DNA of 64,000 bases from Dehalococcoidia bacterium (lineage in GTDB: Bacteria > Chloroflexota > Dehalococcoidia > UBA2979): NCBI GenBank assembly GCA_963667465.2, contig CAXXDN010000002.1, forward strand, positions 1,152,001 to 1,216,000, in the 5' to 3' direction. Made by a program: the position numbers and the translations under genes. Numbering within the stretch: the stretch's first letter is position 1; each line of letters starts with the position of its first letter. Positions 36,409 through 46,378 of this stretch are shown here, piece after piece. The notes under the pieces were generated by a model that saw nothing but the letters and a program-made list of their open reading frames with translations, was not told the DNA's origin and searched no databases.

Positions 36409-37935
36409 TCACCCGACGGCGACGAGCGCGCGCTCGCGTAGCGCCGCCGCGCCTCGCAGCGACCGCAGTTGCGCCGCTACTTCCTCCGGCAGGTCCGGCG
36501 TCAGCACGCCCTCGGCGCTGCGCTCGCCGAGCTGTGCGTCGTCGCCGAGGCGACCCCCGGCAAAGATGTCGGCCGCGTCCAGGATCTCGCCATCGACGCG
36601 CTTGCGGTCGCCGAGCAACCCGATCTCCCCCGCGCGGTGCTGGCCGCAGGCGTGCGGGCAGCCCGACATCCGGATCCGGACCGGCTCGTCGAGCTCGTAG
36701 CGCTCCTCGAGCGCGCCCGCGAGCTTGAGCGCCTCCGCCTTCGTGTCGATGAGGCTGAAGTGGCAGTAGTCGTTGCCCGTGCACGTCACCATCGAACGCA
36801 CCCACGGCGAGGGTTTCGGGCTGTAGGCCTCCAGCAGCGGCTCGGCCAGGAGCGCACCGAGGCGCTCGTCGGGCACGTTCGGGATGAGCACGTTTTGCTG
36901 GACGGTGAGCCGCAGCTCGGCGCTGCCGTACCCGGCCGCCAGCCGCCCGAACTCGATGAGGTCAGCGCCGCTCACGCGCCCGACGGGCACGAGGCAGCCG
37001 ACGACGCTGCGCCCGGGCTGGCGCTGCGCTGAGATGCCGATGTGGTCGCCGCCGTGCTTACCGGTTGCAGACTCCGCGGCGCGAGCGAGTGCGACGCCCA
37101 TGCGCTCCTCGACGGCCGCGCGGAAGCGCTCGATGCCCCACTCGCCGAGCAGCACCTTGAGCCGCGTCTGCTTGCGCTGCTCGCGCGGTCCGTGGTCGCG
37201 GAAGGTCTCGAGGATCGCGAGCGCAACGGGCACGACGCCCTCGGGCTCCACGAACACGTCGAGGGGCCGCGCCAGCTCGGGCTGCTGCCCTCCCAGCGCG
37301 CCGCCGACGAGCACGTTGAAGCCGGAGATGTCCTGCCCGGCCTCGGAGCGCGTCGCGGGCACGAAGGAGAGGTCATGCGTCTGCGCGTGGGCGCAGTCCT
37401 CGCGGCAGCCGGTGATCGAGAGGTTGAACTTGCGCGGCAGGTTGCTGAAGCGCTTGCCGCCGATGATCGCCTGCTGGAGCCGCTCGCCGAGCGTGCGCGC
37501 GTCGATCAGCTCGTCCGCGTCGAGGCCAGCGAGGGGGCAGCCTACGACGTTGCGGACGTTGTCCATGCCGCTCTGCTGCGAGTTGAGGCCGGCGGCGGCG
37601 AGGCGCTGCAGCACCCACGGGGCGTCCTCGATGGTGATCCAGCGGAGCTGGATGTTCTGGCGCGTGGTGATGTCGGCCGTGCCGCGGCCGCAGCGGTTCG
37701 CGATCTCGCCGATGGCCGTGATCTGCTCGGAGATCAGCACGCCGTTGGGGATGCGCATGCGCAGCATGAAGTAGCCCGGCGTCGCCTTGCGGTGGAACAG
37801 CCCGTACCACTTCAGCCGCTCGAAGTCGTCCGCCGGGATGGCGTCGACGCCCTCGACGGCGTAGCGGTAGAGGTCCGGCAGGACGTCGAGGCCGTCCTTC
37901 GCGGTCTTGAGTGCCTCGATGCGGTTGGGAGCCAT
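36409..37935 (-). CDS. nirA: Ferredoxin-nitrite reductase
   Basis: NRIEALK, ITTRQNIQ, SGMDNVRN, NLPRKFN, CTGNDYC...SGCPHACGQ siroheme/[4Fe-4S] ligands. Confidence 0.92.
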   Translation of the reverse strand: MAPNRIEALKTAKDGLDVLPDLYRYAVEGVDAIPADDFERLKWYGLFHRKATPGYFMLRMRIPNGVLISEQITAIGEIANRCGRGTADITTRQNIQLRWITIEDAPWVLQRLAAAGLNSQQSGMDNVRNVVGCPLAGLDADELIDARTLGERLQQAIIGGKRFSNLPRKFNLSITGCREDCAHAQTHDLSFVPATRSEAGQDISGFNVLVGGALGGQQPELARPLDVFVEPEGVVPVALAILETFRDHGPREQRKQTRLKVLLGEWGIERFRAAVEERMGVALARAAESATGKHGGDHIGISAQRQPGRSVVGCLVPVGRVSGADLIEFGRLAAGYGSAELRLTVQQNVLIPNVPDERLGALLAEPLLEAYSPKPSPWVRSMVTCTGNDYCHFSLIDTKAEALKLAGALEERYELDEPVRIRMSGCPHACGQHRAGEIGLLGDRKRVDGEILDAADIFAGGRLGDDAQLGERSAEGVLTPDLPEEVAAQLRSLRGAAALRERALVAVG

Positions 37936-37956
37936 GGGGTGTCCTCCTCGGTCCAG

Positions 37957-38010
37957 ACGATGGCGATCGCGCGTTACGGGGTGGCGACACGCACGTGAAC
38001 GGCGCGTGAA
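37957..38010 (-). promoter_or_regulatory. Promoter with 11-bp-periodic GlnR/OmpR-like boxes
   Basis: TTCAC-n6-TTCAC-n6-GTCGC-n6-GTAAC-n10-CATCGT. Confidence 0.6.
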
Positions 38011-38199
38011 CGTTCGCTTTCAGGCTCGTTGCGGCACTGCGGGCCGGGAGCGGTGCTCGAGCGCAGCAGGCACGGGACGGTGCATTGGGACACGGTCGAT
38101 CTGGTGGTGCGGATCTGGTGGGGCGCGAACCGGGTGCGGGCGATCCTCGGCCCGGTGGAGGAGAGATCCGCCTGTCGACGAGCAGCGACTCTTGTCAGT

Positions 38200-38340
38200 G
38201 AGGCGACGAGCCCCGACAGCCGCGCGCGCGAGGCCGAGCAGCACGGCCAGGTCGCGGGGGGCGATCCAGGGCCAGTCCGCGACCAGGTCGAGGGTGCGTT
38301 CCTCGGCGGGGCCGAGCGCCAATCGCGTGCGTTGCCGCCT
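38200..38340 (-). pseudogene. Possible remnant of a winged-helix (replication-relaxation-like) gene
   Basis: Protein-like stretch LGPAEERTLDLVADWPWIAPRDLAVLLGL inside an otherwise non-coding-looking ORF. Confidence 0.3.
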
Positions 38341-38411
38341 CCCGCACATCCGGATAGGGTGGCACAGACTCAGTATCAGTAGTGTGCGCACGCGGATTGA
38401 AGGCACCCGGG

Positions 38412-40145
38412 ATGGCGACGCAAGTCAACGACCTCGTGCGCTACGAGCCGGACGAGCGGCCGCCGTGGCCGGTGGCTGCGGGCGTGGGGGCGCAGGCTGC
38501 CCTCGTGACCGTGCCGGGGGTCGTGATCACCGTGGTGATCGTTGCGCGGATCGCCGAGCAGCCCTCGTCGTACATCGCGTGGGCCGTGTTCGCGGCGATG
38601 CTCGTCAGCGGCGTGACCACCGTGATGCAGGCCGCCCGGTTCGGCCGGGTGGGCGCGGGCCACGTGCTGATCATGGGGACCTCGGGCGCGTTCATCGCGG
38701 TCTGCGTCGCCGCGCTCGTCGAGGGCGGCCCGTCGACGATGGCGAGCCTCGTCGTCATCTCCTCGCTCTTCCAGTTCGCGATGGCGGCGCGGCTGTCCTT
38801 GCTGCGGCGGATCTTCACGCCGGTCATGGCGGGCACGGTGATCATGCTGATCGCGGCCACCGTGATGCCGATCGTCTTCGACACGCTCGACGATGTGCCC
38901 GACGCTGCTTCGAATGTCGCCGCACCCCTGACCGCGGCGGTCACCCTCGGTGTGGTGCTGGGGCTCGTCATGCGCGGCCCGGCCGCCTGGCGGCTCTGGT
39001 CGCCGATCATCGGGATCGTCGTCGGCTGCGTCGTTGCCGCCGGCTTCGGGATCTACGACCTGCAGCCCGTGCTGGACGCTGCCTGGCTGGGCGTGCCGGC
39101 GGGAGGGTGGCCAGGGTTCGACGTCACACCGGGCCAGGAGTTCTGGGCGTTACTGCCTGCGTTCATCGTCGTGACGCTGGTCGGGGCGGTCGAGACCGTC
39201 GGCGATGGCATCGCCATCCAGCGCGTCTCCCGCCGCGCGCCACGGGCGACCGACTTTCGGGTCGTGCAGGGAGCCCTCACCGCCGACGGCATGGGCAATC
39301 TGCTCTCGGGCCTCGCCGGGACGCTGCCGAACACCACCTACTCCTCGAGCATCTCGCTGGCGGAGGTGACGGGGGTGGCGGCGAGGCGAGCGGGCATCGC
39401 GATCGGCGTGATCGTGGTGGTGCTGGCGTTCCTGCCCAAGTTCGCCGCGCTGCTGGTCGCGATCCCGGGACCGGTGGTCGCGGCCTACGTGACCGTGCTG
39501 CTCGCGCTGCTCTTCGTGCAGGGCATGCGCATGGTCGTGCAGGACGGGCTGGATCATCGCAAGGCGGCGATCGCGGGCGTTGCGTTCTGGATCGGCGTCG
39601 GCTTCCAGAACGAGTCGATCTTCGCCGACCTGCTGGGGCCGTTCGCGGGTGTGCTGCTCGGCAACGGCATGACCTCGGGCGCGCTCGCCGCGGTGATCAT
39701 GATCCTGTTCATGGAGCTCACCGGCCCCCGCCGGCGCCGCCTCCAGGTCCCGCTGGAGATGGACGCGCTCCCGGCCATCGACGAGTTCCTGCGGGGCTTC
39801 GCTTCGCGCAGAGGCTGGAACGGAGCAGCGACCGACCGCCTCGCCTCGGCCGGCGAGGAGACGCTGGCGGTCCTGCTGCAGACGGGTGGCGGGGACGGCG
39901 ACGGCCGGGCGAGAAGCCTCTCGATCGTCGCTCGCATGGACGGTCCGCTGGCGCAGCTGGAGTTCGTCACGTCCTCCGCAGGCGACAACATCGAGGACCA
40001 GCTGGCGTACCTGGCCGAGCTGCCGCCCGTCCCCGACGAGGACGAGATCTCGTTCCGGCTGCTCCGGCATCACGCTTCAACGGTGCAACACCAGAAGTAC
40101 CACGGGATCGACATCGTCACCGTGGAGGTCGAGGGCGCACGCTAG
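38412..40145 (+). CDS. NCS2 xanthine/uracil permease with a C-terminal HATPase/anti-sigma-like extension
   Basis: MGTSGAF, VETVGD, GTLPNTTYSSS, PKFAALLVAIPGPV; about 140-aa soluble tail. Confidence 0.85.
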   Translation: MATQVNDLVRYEPDERPPWPVAAGVGAQAALVTVPGVVITVVIVARIAEQPSSYIAWAVFAAMLVSGVTTVMQAARFGRVGAGHVLIMGTSGAFIAVCVAALVEGGPSTMASLVVISSLFQFAMAARLSLLRRIFTPVMAGTVIMLIAATVMPIVFDTLDDVPDAASNVAAPLTAAVTLGVVLGLVMRGPAAWRLWSPIIGIVVGCVVAAGFGIYDLQPVLDAAWLGVPAGGWPGFDVTPGQEFWALLPAFIVVTLVGAVETVGDGIAIQRVSRRAPRATDFRVVQGALTADGMGNLLSGLAGTLPNTTYSSSISLAEVTGVAARRAGIAIGVIVVVLAFLPKFAALLVAIPGPVVAAYVTVLLALLFVQGMRMVVQDGLDHRKAAIAGVAFWIGVGFQNESIFADLLGPFAGVLLGNGMTSGALAAVIMILFMELTGPRRRRLQVPLEMDALPAIDEFLRGFASRRGWNGAATDRLASAGEETLAVLLQTGGGDGDGRARSLSIVARMDGPLAQLEFVTSSAGDNIEDQLAYLAELPPVPDEDEISFRLLRHHASTVQHQKYHGIDIVTVEVEGAR

Positions 40146-40263
40146 GCCCCGCCGAACACCCTATTCCGTTCGCTCGTCGCCACCTTGGCGGAACCGGCGG
40201 CCCACCGATCGACTCACCGCGCTACCCTCGGCGCGATGCGGGAGGAGTACTACGATGACCGCG

Positions 40264-41025
40264 ATGGATCGGCCACGCGAGCAGGCGCTGGAAGGCAAGG
40301 TGGCGCTCGTCACGGGCGGTGCGTCCGGCATCGGCGCGGCGACGGTGGAGGAGCTCGCGCGCCGCGGCGCGCGCGTCGCGGTGCTGGACCGCGAGGGCGA
40401 GGGCGCCGCACGCAGCGCCGCCGCCGCCGAGGCGCTCTCCGGCGAGGCCCTGACCCTGGCCTATGACCTCACCGACACGGCGGGCATCCCCGGCGTCGTG
40501 CGCCAGGTGCTCGACGCCTTCGGGCGCCTCGACATCCTCGTGAACTGCGCCGGGATCAGCGCGCGCGGCGGGCTGCTCGACCTGGCCGAGGAGGACTGGG
40601 ACCGCGTCCACGTCGTCAACCTCAAGGCGCCGATGCTGCTGATGCAGGAGGTCGCGCGGCACATGATCGAGCGCGGCGAGGGCGGGCGGATCGTGAACGT
40701 CAGTTCCAGCTCGGCGTTCCGGGCGCGCTCGCACGTCGCCTACGCGAGCTCGAAGGCAGCGATCGTCCAGCTCTCGCGCAGCGCCGCTGCCGAGCTCGGG
40801 CCGCACGAGATCAATGTCAACGCGGTCGCGCCGGGCCTGACCCGCACCGGCATGACGGGCGACCGTGACATCGATGCGGACGCGCGCGAGGGGTACCTTT
40901 CGAACCTCTTCGGGCGCGCCGCCGAGCCGCCAGACGTGGCCGCCGCGATCGTCTTCCTCTGCCTGCCGGAGAGCCGCCAGATCACCGCGCAGACGATCCA
41001 CACTTCGGCCGGCCTCGTCGTCTGA
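40264..41025 (+). CDS. SDR oxidoreductase (start 40264 or 40255)
   Basis: TGGASGIG, NCAG, YASSK. Confidence 0.92.
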   Translation: MDRPREQALEGKVALVTGGASGIGAATVEELARRGARVAVLDREGEGAARSAAAAEALSGEALTLAYDLTDTAGIPGVVRQVLDAFGRLDILVNCAGISARGGLLDLAEEDWDRVHVVNLKAPMLLMQEVARHMIERGEGGRIVNVSSSSAFRARSHVAYASSKAAIVQLSRSAAAELGPHEINVNAVAPGLTRTGMTGDRDIDADAREGYLSNLFGRAAEPPDVAAAIVFLCLPESRQITAQTIHTSAGLVV

Positions 41026-41096
41026 GCGGGCCACGCGGCAGCCGCCTTCGCGGTACCATCCGCGAGGCAGCGCGCACGCGAGCGAGGGGGTGACAC

Positions 41097-42071
41097 ATGG
41101 CGGATCGCGGCATCGACATACCGAGCCGGCTGGACAAGCTGCACCTCGAGGTCTACGAGGGCATGCCGGAGCGCGAGCTCGACGTCAACGACATCCCCGG
41201 CTCCGTCGCGGCGATGCGCGAGCACTCGGCCCAGCGTGCGATCGAGCCGCTGCCCGAAGGCGTGACCACCGAGGACCGCTACGCGCCCGGCCCGGACGGC
41301 GCGCCGGACGTGCTGGTGCGGCTCTACCGCCCGGACGGCCGCGAGCCCGGCGGGCCGGCCTTCTACTGGATTCACGGCGGCGGGATGATCGTCGGCAGCG
41401 TCGACGGCAACGACGGCTTCTGCGGACAGCAGGCGCGGGACCTCGGCATCCTCGTCGCCTCGGTCGAGTACCGGCTCGCGCCGGAGCACCCCTACCCCGC
41501 ACCGATCGAGGATTGCTACGCCGGACTGAAGTGGTTCGCCGGAGCCGCCGGGGAGCTCGGCATCGACCCGGCGCGGATCGCCATCGGGGGCGGGAGCGCG
41601 GGCGGCGGGCTCTGTGCCGGGCTCGCGCTGCTCGCTCGCGACCGGGGCGAGATCGAGGTCTGCTTCCAGTTGCTCGTCTACCCGATGATCGACGACCGCA
41701 ACAGCTCAAACAGCAGCCACGCGATCACCGACCCGCGGCTCTGGAACCGCGAGAAGAACCTGATCGGCTGGGGCTCCTACCTCGCCGGCAACAACGGCGG
41801 CGACGACGTCCCGGTCTACGCGGCTCCGGCTCGGGCGACCAACCTCGAGGGGTTGCCGCCCGCCTACATCAACGTCGGCGCGCTCGACCTCTTCGTCGAC
41901 GAGAGCATCGACTACGCGCAGGCGCTGAACGCGGCGGGCGTGCGCACGGAGCTGCACGTCTACCCCGTCGCCTTCCACGGATCGCCGAACAGCGTCTCAG
42001 AGTCGCCGATCTCGCAGGCCTGGGCCGCAGATCAGCAGAACGCGCTGCGCAGCGCGCTGTTCGGCGACTGA
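41097..42071 (+). CDS. HSL-family esterase/lipase
   Basis: IHGGG, YRLAPEHPYP, GGSAGG, FHG. Confidence 0.92.
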   Translation: MADRGIDIPSRLDKLHLEVYEGMPERELDVNDIPGSVAAMREHSAQRAIEPLPEGVTTEDRYAPGPDGAPDVLVRLYRPDGREPGGPAFYWIHGGGMIVGSVDGNDGFCGQQARDLGILVASVEYRLAPEHPYPAPIEDCYAGLKWFAGAAGELGIDPARIAIGGGSAGGGLCAGLALLARDRGEIEVCFQLLVYPMIDDRNSSNSSHAITDPRLWNREKNLIGWGSYLAGNNGGDDVPVYAAPARATNLEGLPPAYINVGALDLFVDESIDYAQALNAAGVRTELHVYPVAFHGSPNSVSESPISQAWAADQQNALRSALFGD

Positions 42072-42098
42072 CCGGGGACTGAGCGCCGGGGGGCGCCG

Positions 42099-42899
42099 CT
42101 ACGTCAGCTCGGCGGGCGTTAGCTCGAACTCCTCGAGCACCTCGGCGGTCGTCACGATCCGGCCGCTGATCATCGAGGGCTCCGTGACGGCGAGGCGCAG
42201 GCACGCCTCGGCGACGTCCTCAACCGGCGTCACGAGGTGCTTGTTCGCGTCGGTGATGATCCCGAAGTACTCGACACCCGGGGTGGCGATCAGTCCCGGC
42301 TGGATCGCGTTCACGGCGATCGCCGGCTGCTCGGCGGCGAAGCCGGTGCTGAAGCGCTCCAGCGCCGACTTGCACATGCCGTAGATCGTGCTGCCCCGAA
42401 CCTCGGCGCCCAGTTCAGGGTGCAGCGCTGAGCCGGATGACATGTTCACGATCGCGCCCTGGCCGCGCTCGCGCATGCCGGCCGCGACCAGCTGCGAGAG
42501 GTGCACGGCGGCGTGCACCTGGATCTCGAACATCACCCGTTCCTTCTCGGCGTCGAAGGTCTCGGTGTCGTTGTACCAGGTGACCGCGCCATTGTTGACG
42601 AGGATATCGACCGGGCCGAGCTCCGCCTCGGTGGTCTCGATCAGGCGCTCGCGGTCCTCGGCGGACGCGAGGTTGCAGGTGACCGGCAGCGCCTCGCCGC
42701 CGGCGGCCCTGATGCGCGCGGCGACGCCGTTGAGGCTGCCGGTCAGCAGCCGGTGGTCGCCCTCGTTGACCGTGCGGGCCGCCAACGCGACACGCGCGCC
42801 CTCCATCGCGTAGCGCACCGCGATCGCCTCGCCGATGCCTCGCGAGGAACCCGTGACCACCGCAACGCGCCCCTCGAGCTGTCCGCCTTCACCCGCCAT
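42099..42899 (-). CDS. SDR oxidoreductase
   Basis: TGSSRGIG, NNGA, YGMCK; ATG 42899. Confidence 0.9.
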   Translation of the reverse strand: MAGEGGQLEGRVAVVTGSSRGIGEAIAVRYAMEGARVALAARTVNEGDHRLLTGSLNGVAARIRAAGGEALPVTCNLASAEDRERLIETTEAELGPVDILVNNGAVTWYNDTETFDAEKERVMFEIQVHAAVHLSQLVAAGMRERGQGAIVNMSSGSALHPELGAEVRGSTIYGMCKSALERFSTGFAAEQPAIAVNAIQPGLIATPGVEYFGIITDANKHLVTPVEDVAEACLRLAVTEPSMISGRIVTTAEVLEEFELTPAELT

Positions 42900-43048
42900 C
42901 GTCCGTACCCCCTGCTGCTTCCGATCGCTCACCCCTGCCCGGATGCCGGACAGGGACGGCCTCACCCCGATATGCTGTCGCAGGTCGTGCCTGCGCTGCG
43001 GGCATGACAGTACGACACCCGTGACCAAGCCACGAGGGGAATCCGCAT

Positions 43049-43840
43049 ATGTCGCTCGAGAACAAGGTTGCACTCATCGCCGGCGCCAGCCGGGGCATCG
43101 GCGCGGACGTCGCGAAGTACCTCGCACGCGCGGGCGCGAAGGTCGCCGTGGCCGCCCGCACGGTGGAGGTCACGGATGCCCGCCTGCCCGGCACGATCCA
43201 TTCGGTCAGCGAGGAGATCGCGGCCGGGGGCGGGACGGCGCTGCCGGTGGTCATGAACCTGCGCGACGCCGAGAGCATCACCGGCGCGGTCGATCAGGTG
43301 ATCGCCGAGTGGGGCCGCATCGACATCCTCGTCAACAACGCGGCGATCTTCATCCCCGGGGGGATCACCGACGCGCGCGACCGTCACATCGAGCTGAGCA
43401 TCGCGATCAACCTCGTGGGTCCGATCATCGCGATGCGCGCTGTCGTGCCGCACATGCAGGAGGCAGGCGGGGGGCACATCATCAACGTCTCCTCGCGCGG
43501 CTCGATCATGCCCGGCGTCGGGCCCTACACCGAGGACCAGATCGCACGGGTCGGCGACCTGCTGTACGGGCCGGAGAAGTCCGGCCTCGAGCACTTCTCG
43601 CAGCGCCAGGCGATGGCGCTGCAGGGAGACAACATCGCCGTCAACGTGCTCTCGCCCAACGGCCGCATCAAGACGCCGGGCAATCTCTTCTTCGAGAACG
43701 ACCCGGAGAACCCGACCCTCGACTTCGAGACCGCCGATGACATGGGCAAGGCGACCGTCTGGATGTGCATGCAGGACGCGAGCAGCTACACGGGCAACAT
43801 CGTTTACGACGAAGACGTCGTGCGAGAGCACAACCTCTAG
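43049..43840 (+). CDS. SDR oxidoreductase
   Basis: GASRGIG, NNAA, YGPEK. Confidence 0.9.
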   Translation: MSLENKVALIAGASRGIGADVAKYLARAGAKVAVAARTVEVTDARLPGTIHSVSEEIAAGGGTALPVVMNLRDAESITGAVDQVIAEWGRIDILVNNAAIFIPGGITDARDRHIELSIAINLVGPIIAMRAVVPHMQEAGGGHIINVSSRGSIMPGVGPYTEDQIARVGDLLYGPEKSGLEHFSQRQAMALQGDNIAVNVLSPNGRIKTPGNLFFENDPENPTLDFETADDMGKATVWMCMQDASSYTGNIVYDEDVVREHNL

Positions 43841-43987
43841 CAGCGGTCCCGCGGGCGCGGTTCGGCCTGCGGCGCGCCGGCGGCGCCGCTGCGGGGGCGT
43901 GTTACGCTCGGCCACGGTCCCGTTCGCGCGCGCCCACGGACGCGCAGCGTCGCTTGCCGGCGTTCCACGCGGGTCCGAGGAGGCCGT

Positions 43988-45352
43988 TTGAGCGAGGAGC
44001 GCGCCGCGGGCGCCCGCGAGGCACGGGATTCCGGAACGCTGCGGAGTCCGGTTCGGCCCGGAACCTGGGCCTCCCTCAGGATCAGAAACTACCGATACCT
44101 CTGGCTCGGCCAGGCCGGGCACGCCGGCGGCATCTGGATGGAGCAGATCGCGCGCCCCTTCCTCGTGCTCGATCTCACCGATGGGTCGGCCACTCACGTC
44201 GGCGGCGTCCTCGCGGTGCGCACGGTCCCGCAGTTCATCCTCGGGATGTGGGCAGGCGTGATCGCCGACTCGTTCGACCGGCGATCGGTGCTGCTGGTCG
44301 TGAAGGCGGGCACCTTCCTGCTCAACATCGGCTTCGTCGCGATCCTCGCGCTCGGCCTCCTGGAACTCTGGCACCTCTACGCGTACGCCGTGGTCCGCGG
44401 CACGATGATGGCGTTCGACCAGCCCGCCCGCATGGGCCTCGTGCCGTCCGTCGTGCCCGACACGCACGTCACGAACGCAGTTGCGCTGATGAGCGCGACG
44501 CAGAACACGATGCGCATCTTCGGAGCGGCAGCAGGCGGCATCCTCTACGGCGTCTTCGGGGCGACCGGGGCCTTCGCCCTGATCGCGCTCGTCTACGCGA
44601 TCCCGGTCTTCTCCACGTACATGCTGCGCGTCGCCCCCGTCACGAGCGATGTGAGACGCAGCGCGAGCGGCCTGACCGGCGGGTTGATCGAGGGCATGCG
44701 CTTCTCCTTCTCGCACCCCGCAATCCGCGGCGTGCTGCTGCTCTCGATGATCTACTTCATGTTCGGGATGTCGTTCCTGCAGGTCTTCGCGCCGCTCTTC
44801 GCCGAGAAGGTCTTCGACATCGGCAGCACCGGCTTCGGCGGCATGACGGCGTTGATGGGAGTGGCCGCGCTCCTCGCGTCGCTGTTCATCGCCACCCGGC
44901 AGCCGAGCCGCCTCGGGGCGATCCTGCCGCTGATCACCACGGTGTTCGGCTTCGTCCTGATCATCTTCTCGCTGACCAGCTACATCCCCGGGCCGGTCGG
45001 CTTCATCATCCCGTTCGCGATGCTCGCGATCCTCGGCGGCCTGCAGAGCAGCTACATGTCGCTCTCGCGCTCGGCCCTGCTGCTGACGGCGCCGCCGCGG
45101 ATGCACGGCCGCGTCTTTGGGGTGCTCACGCTCGATCGCGCCTTCATGACCGCGGGCGGGGCGGCCGCGGGGTTCCTCTCCGACAGCATCGGCGTGCAGC
45201 CCGCGCAGATCGGCTTCGGCCTCGTCTGCGCCATCGGCGGCCTCGCGATCTTCGCACTGGCGGGCGAGTTCCGGCGCAGCCGGGCCGGCGCGCACTACGA
45301 GGTGCCCGCGCGTGAGGCGCGCGAGCCCGCCGGAGTGGCCGCGGAGCGCTGA
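43988..45352 (+). CDS. MFS transporter
   Basis: RNYRYLW.GQ, GVIADSFDRR motif A, AFDQPAR; about 12 TM. Confidence 0.9.
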   Translation: MSEERAAGAREARDSGTLRSPVRPGTWASLRIRNYRYLWLGQAGHAGGIWMEQIARPFLVLDLTDGSATHVGGVLAVRTVPQFILGMWAGVIADSFDRRSVLLVVKAGTFLLNIGFVAILALGLLELWHLYAYAVVRGTMMAFDQPARMGLVPSVVPDTHVTNAVALMSATQNTMRIFGAAAGGILYGVFGATGAFALIALVYAIPVFSTYMLRVAPVTSDVRRSASGLTGGLIEGMRFSFSHPAIRGVLLLSMIYFMFGMSFLQVFAPLFAEKVFDIGSTGFGGMTALMGVAALLASLFIATRQPSRLGAILPLITTVFGFVLIIFSLTSYIPGPVGFIIPFAMLAILGGLQSSYMSLSRSALLLTAPPRMHGRVFGVLTLDRAFMTAGGAAAGFLSDSIGVQPAQIGFGLVCAIGGLAIFALAGEFRRSRAGAHYEVPAREAREPAGVAAER

Positions 45353-45455
45353 TCCGCCTGCCCGGCGCTGCACGCTACTCGCGCGCACTGGTACCCTCGC
45401 ACCCGAGGGCCATCCGTGCCTCGCCTGCGGCGCGTCATGACACCGGGAGGACGCC

Positions 45456-46277
45456 ATGCCTCGCTACCTGATCGTCGCCGACCAGACCGCCACCAGCCCC
45501 GAGCTCGTCGCGAGGGCGAAGGAGCTGTCGGACGAGCACCCCGGCTCGACGTTCGCGCTGCTGCTTCCGGCGCTGCTGCCCTCGCACGTGCGGGGCGGCC
45601 CCTTCGACGCCGTCACGCGCGGCCGCGCCGAGCAGGCGCGCACCATGCTCGAGCGCGAGGGCGTCACCGTGGAGCGCACCACGATCGGCGACGCCGCACC
45701 GCTGCTCGCGATCGAGGACGAGCTCGACGAGCACCCCGGCGCCTACGACGAGCTGCTGCTCTGCACGCTGCCCGCCAGCATCTCCCGCTGGCTGCGCCTC
45801 GATCTCCTCGACCAGGCGCGCCGGCGCTTCGAGCTGCCGATCCGGCATATCGAGGCGCAGCTCCCGAGCCGCCTCGAGTTCCGCCAGGCCACCCTGCGAG
45901 ACCACGAGCGCATCCAGGCGCTGTGGGACGAGTCACGCCTCGAGACGGTCGACGAGGATGAGTGGGAGACGCTGATCACCAGCCCGGGCGCGATCGCGCT
46001 CGTCGCCGAGGAGGAAGGCGCGCTGGTCGGCGCGATCGTCGCCACGGTCGACGGCTGGCGGGCCTACGTCTACCACGTCGCCGTCGTTCCCGCGCGCCGC
46101 CGCCGCGGCGTCGCGCAGGCGCTGTTCGCCGAGGCGCACGCGCACCTCGCGCGGGCCGGCAACCGGATCATCTACGTAATGGTCAACGAGGAGAACGACG
46201 CGGGCATGGCGCTGCTGCGCTCGCTCGGCTACCGCGCGCAGGGCGACATCGTGATGGTGCACCAGCTCGAGGCCTGA
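45456..46277 (+). CDS. USP-like domain fused to GNAT acetyltransferase
   Basis: N-terminal YLIVADQT..SPEL..TLP.SISRWLRLDL; C-terminal DGWRAYVYHVAV..RRRGVA. Confidence 0.75.
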   Translation: MPRYLIVADQTATSPELVARAKELSDEHPGSTFALLLPALLPSHVRGGPFDAVTRGRAEQARTMLEREGVTVERTTIGDAAPLLAIEDELDEHPGAYDELLLCTLPASISRWLRLDLLDQARRRFELPIRHIEAQLPSRLEFRQATLRDHERIQALWDESRLETVDEDEWETLITSPGAIALVAEEEGALVGAIVATVDGWRAYVYHVAVVPARRRRGVAQALFAEAHAHLARAGNRIIYVMVNEENDAGMALLRSLGYRAQGDIVMVHQLEA

Positions 46278-46378
46278 GCCCGCACCTCTGCCCTCCGCAC
46301 GCCCGATCGGCACACCGCACGGGGCGACCCGCGCCCGCGTATCATGCTGGCTGCGAAGCACCACGGAGGGGGTAGCGC

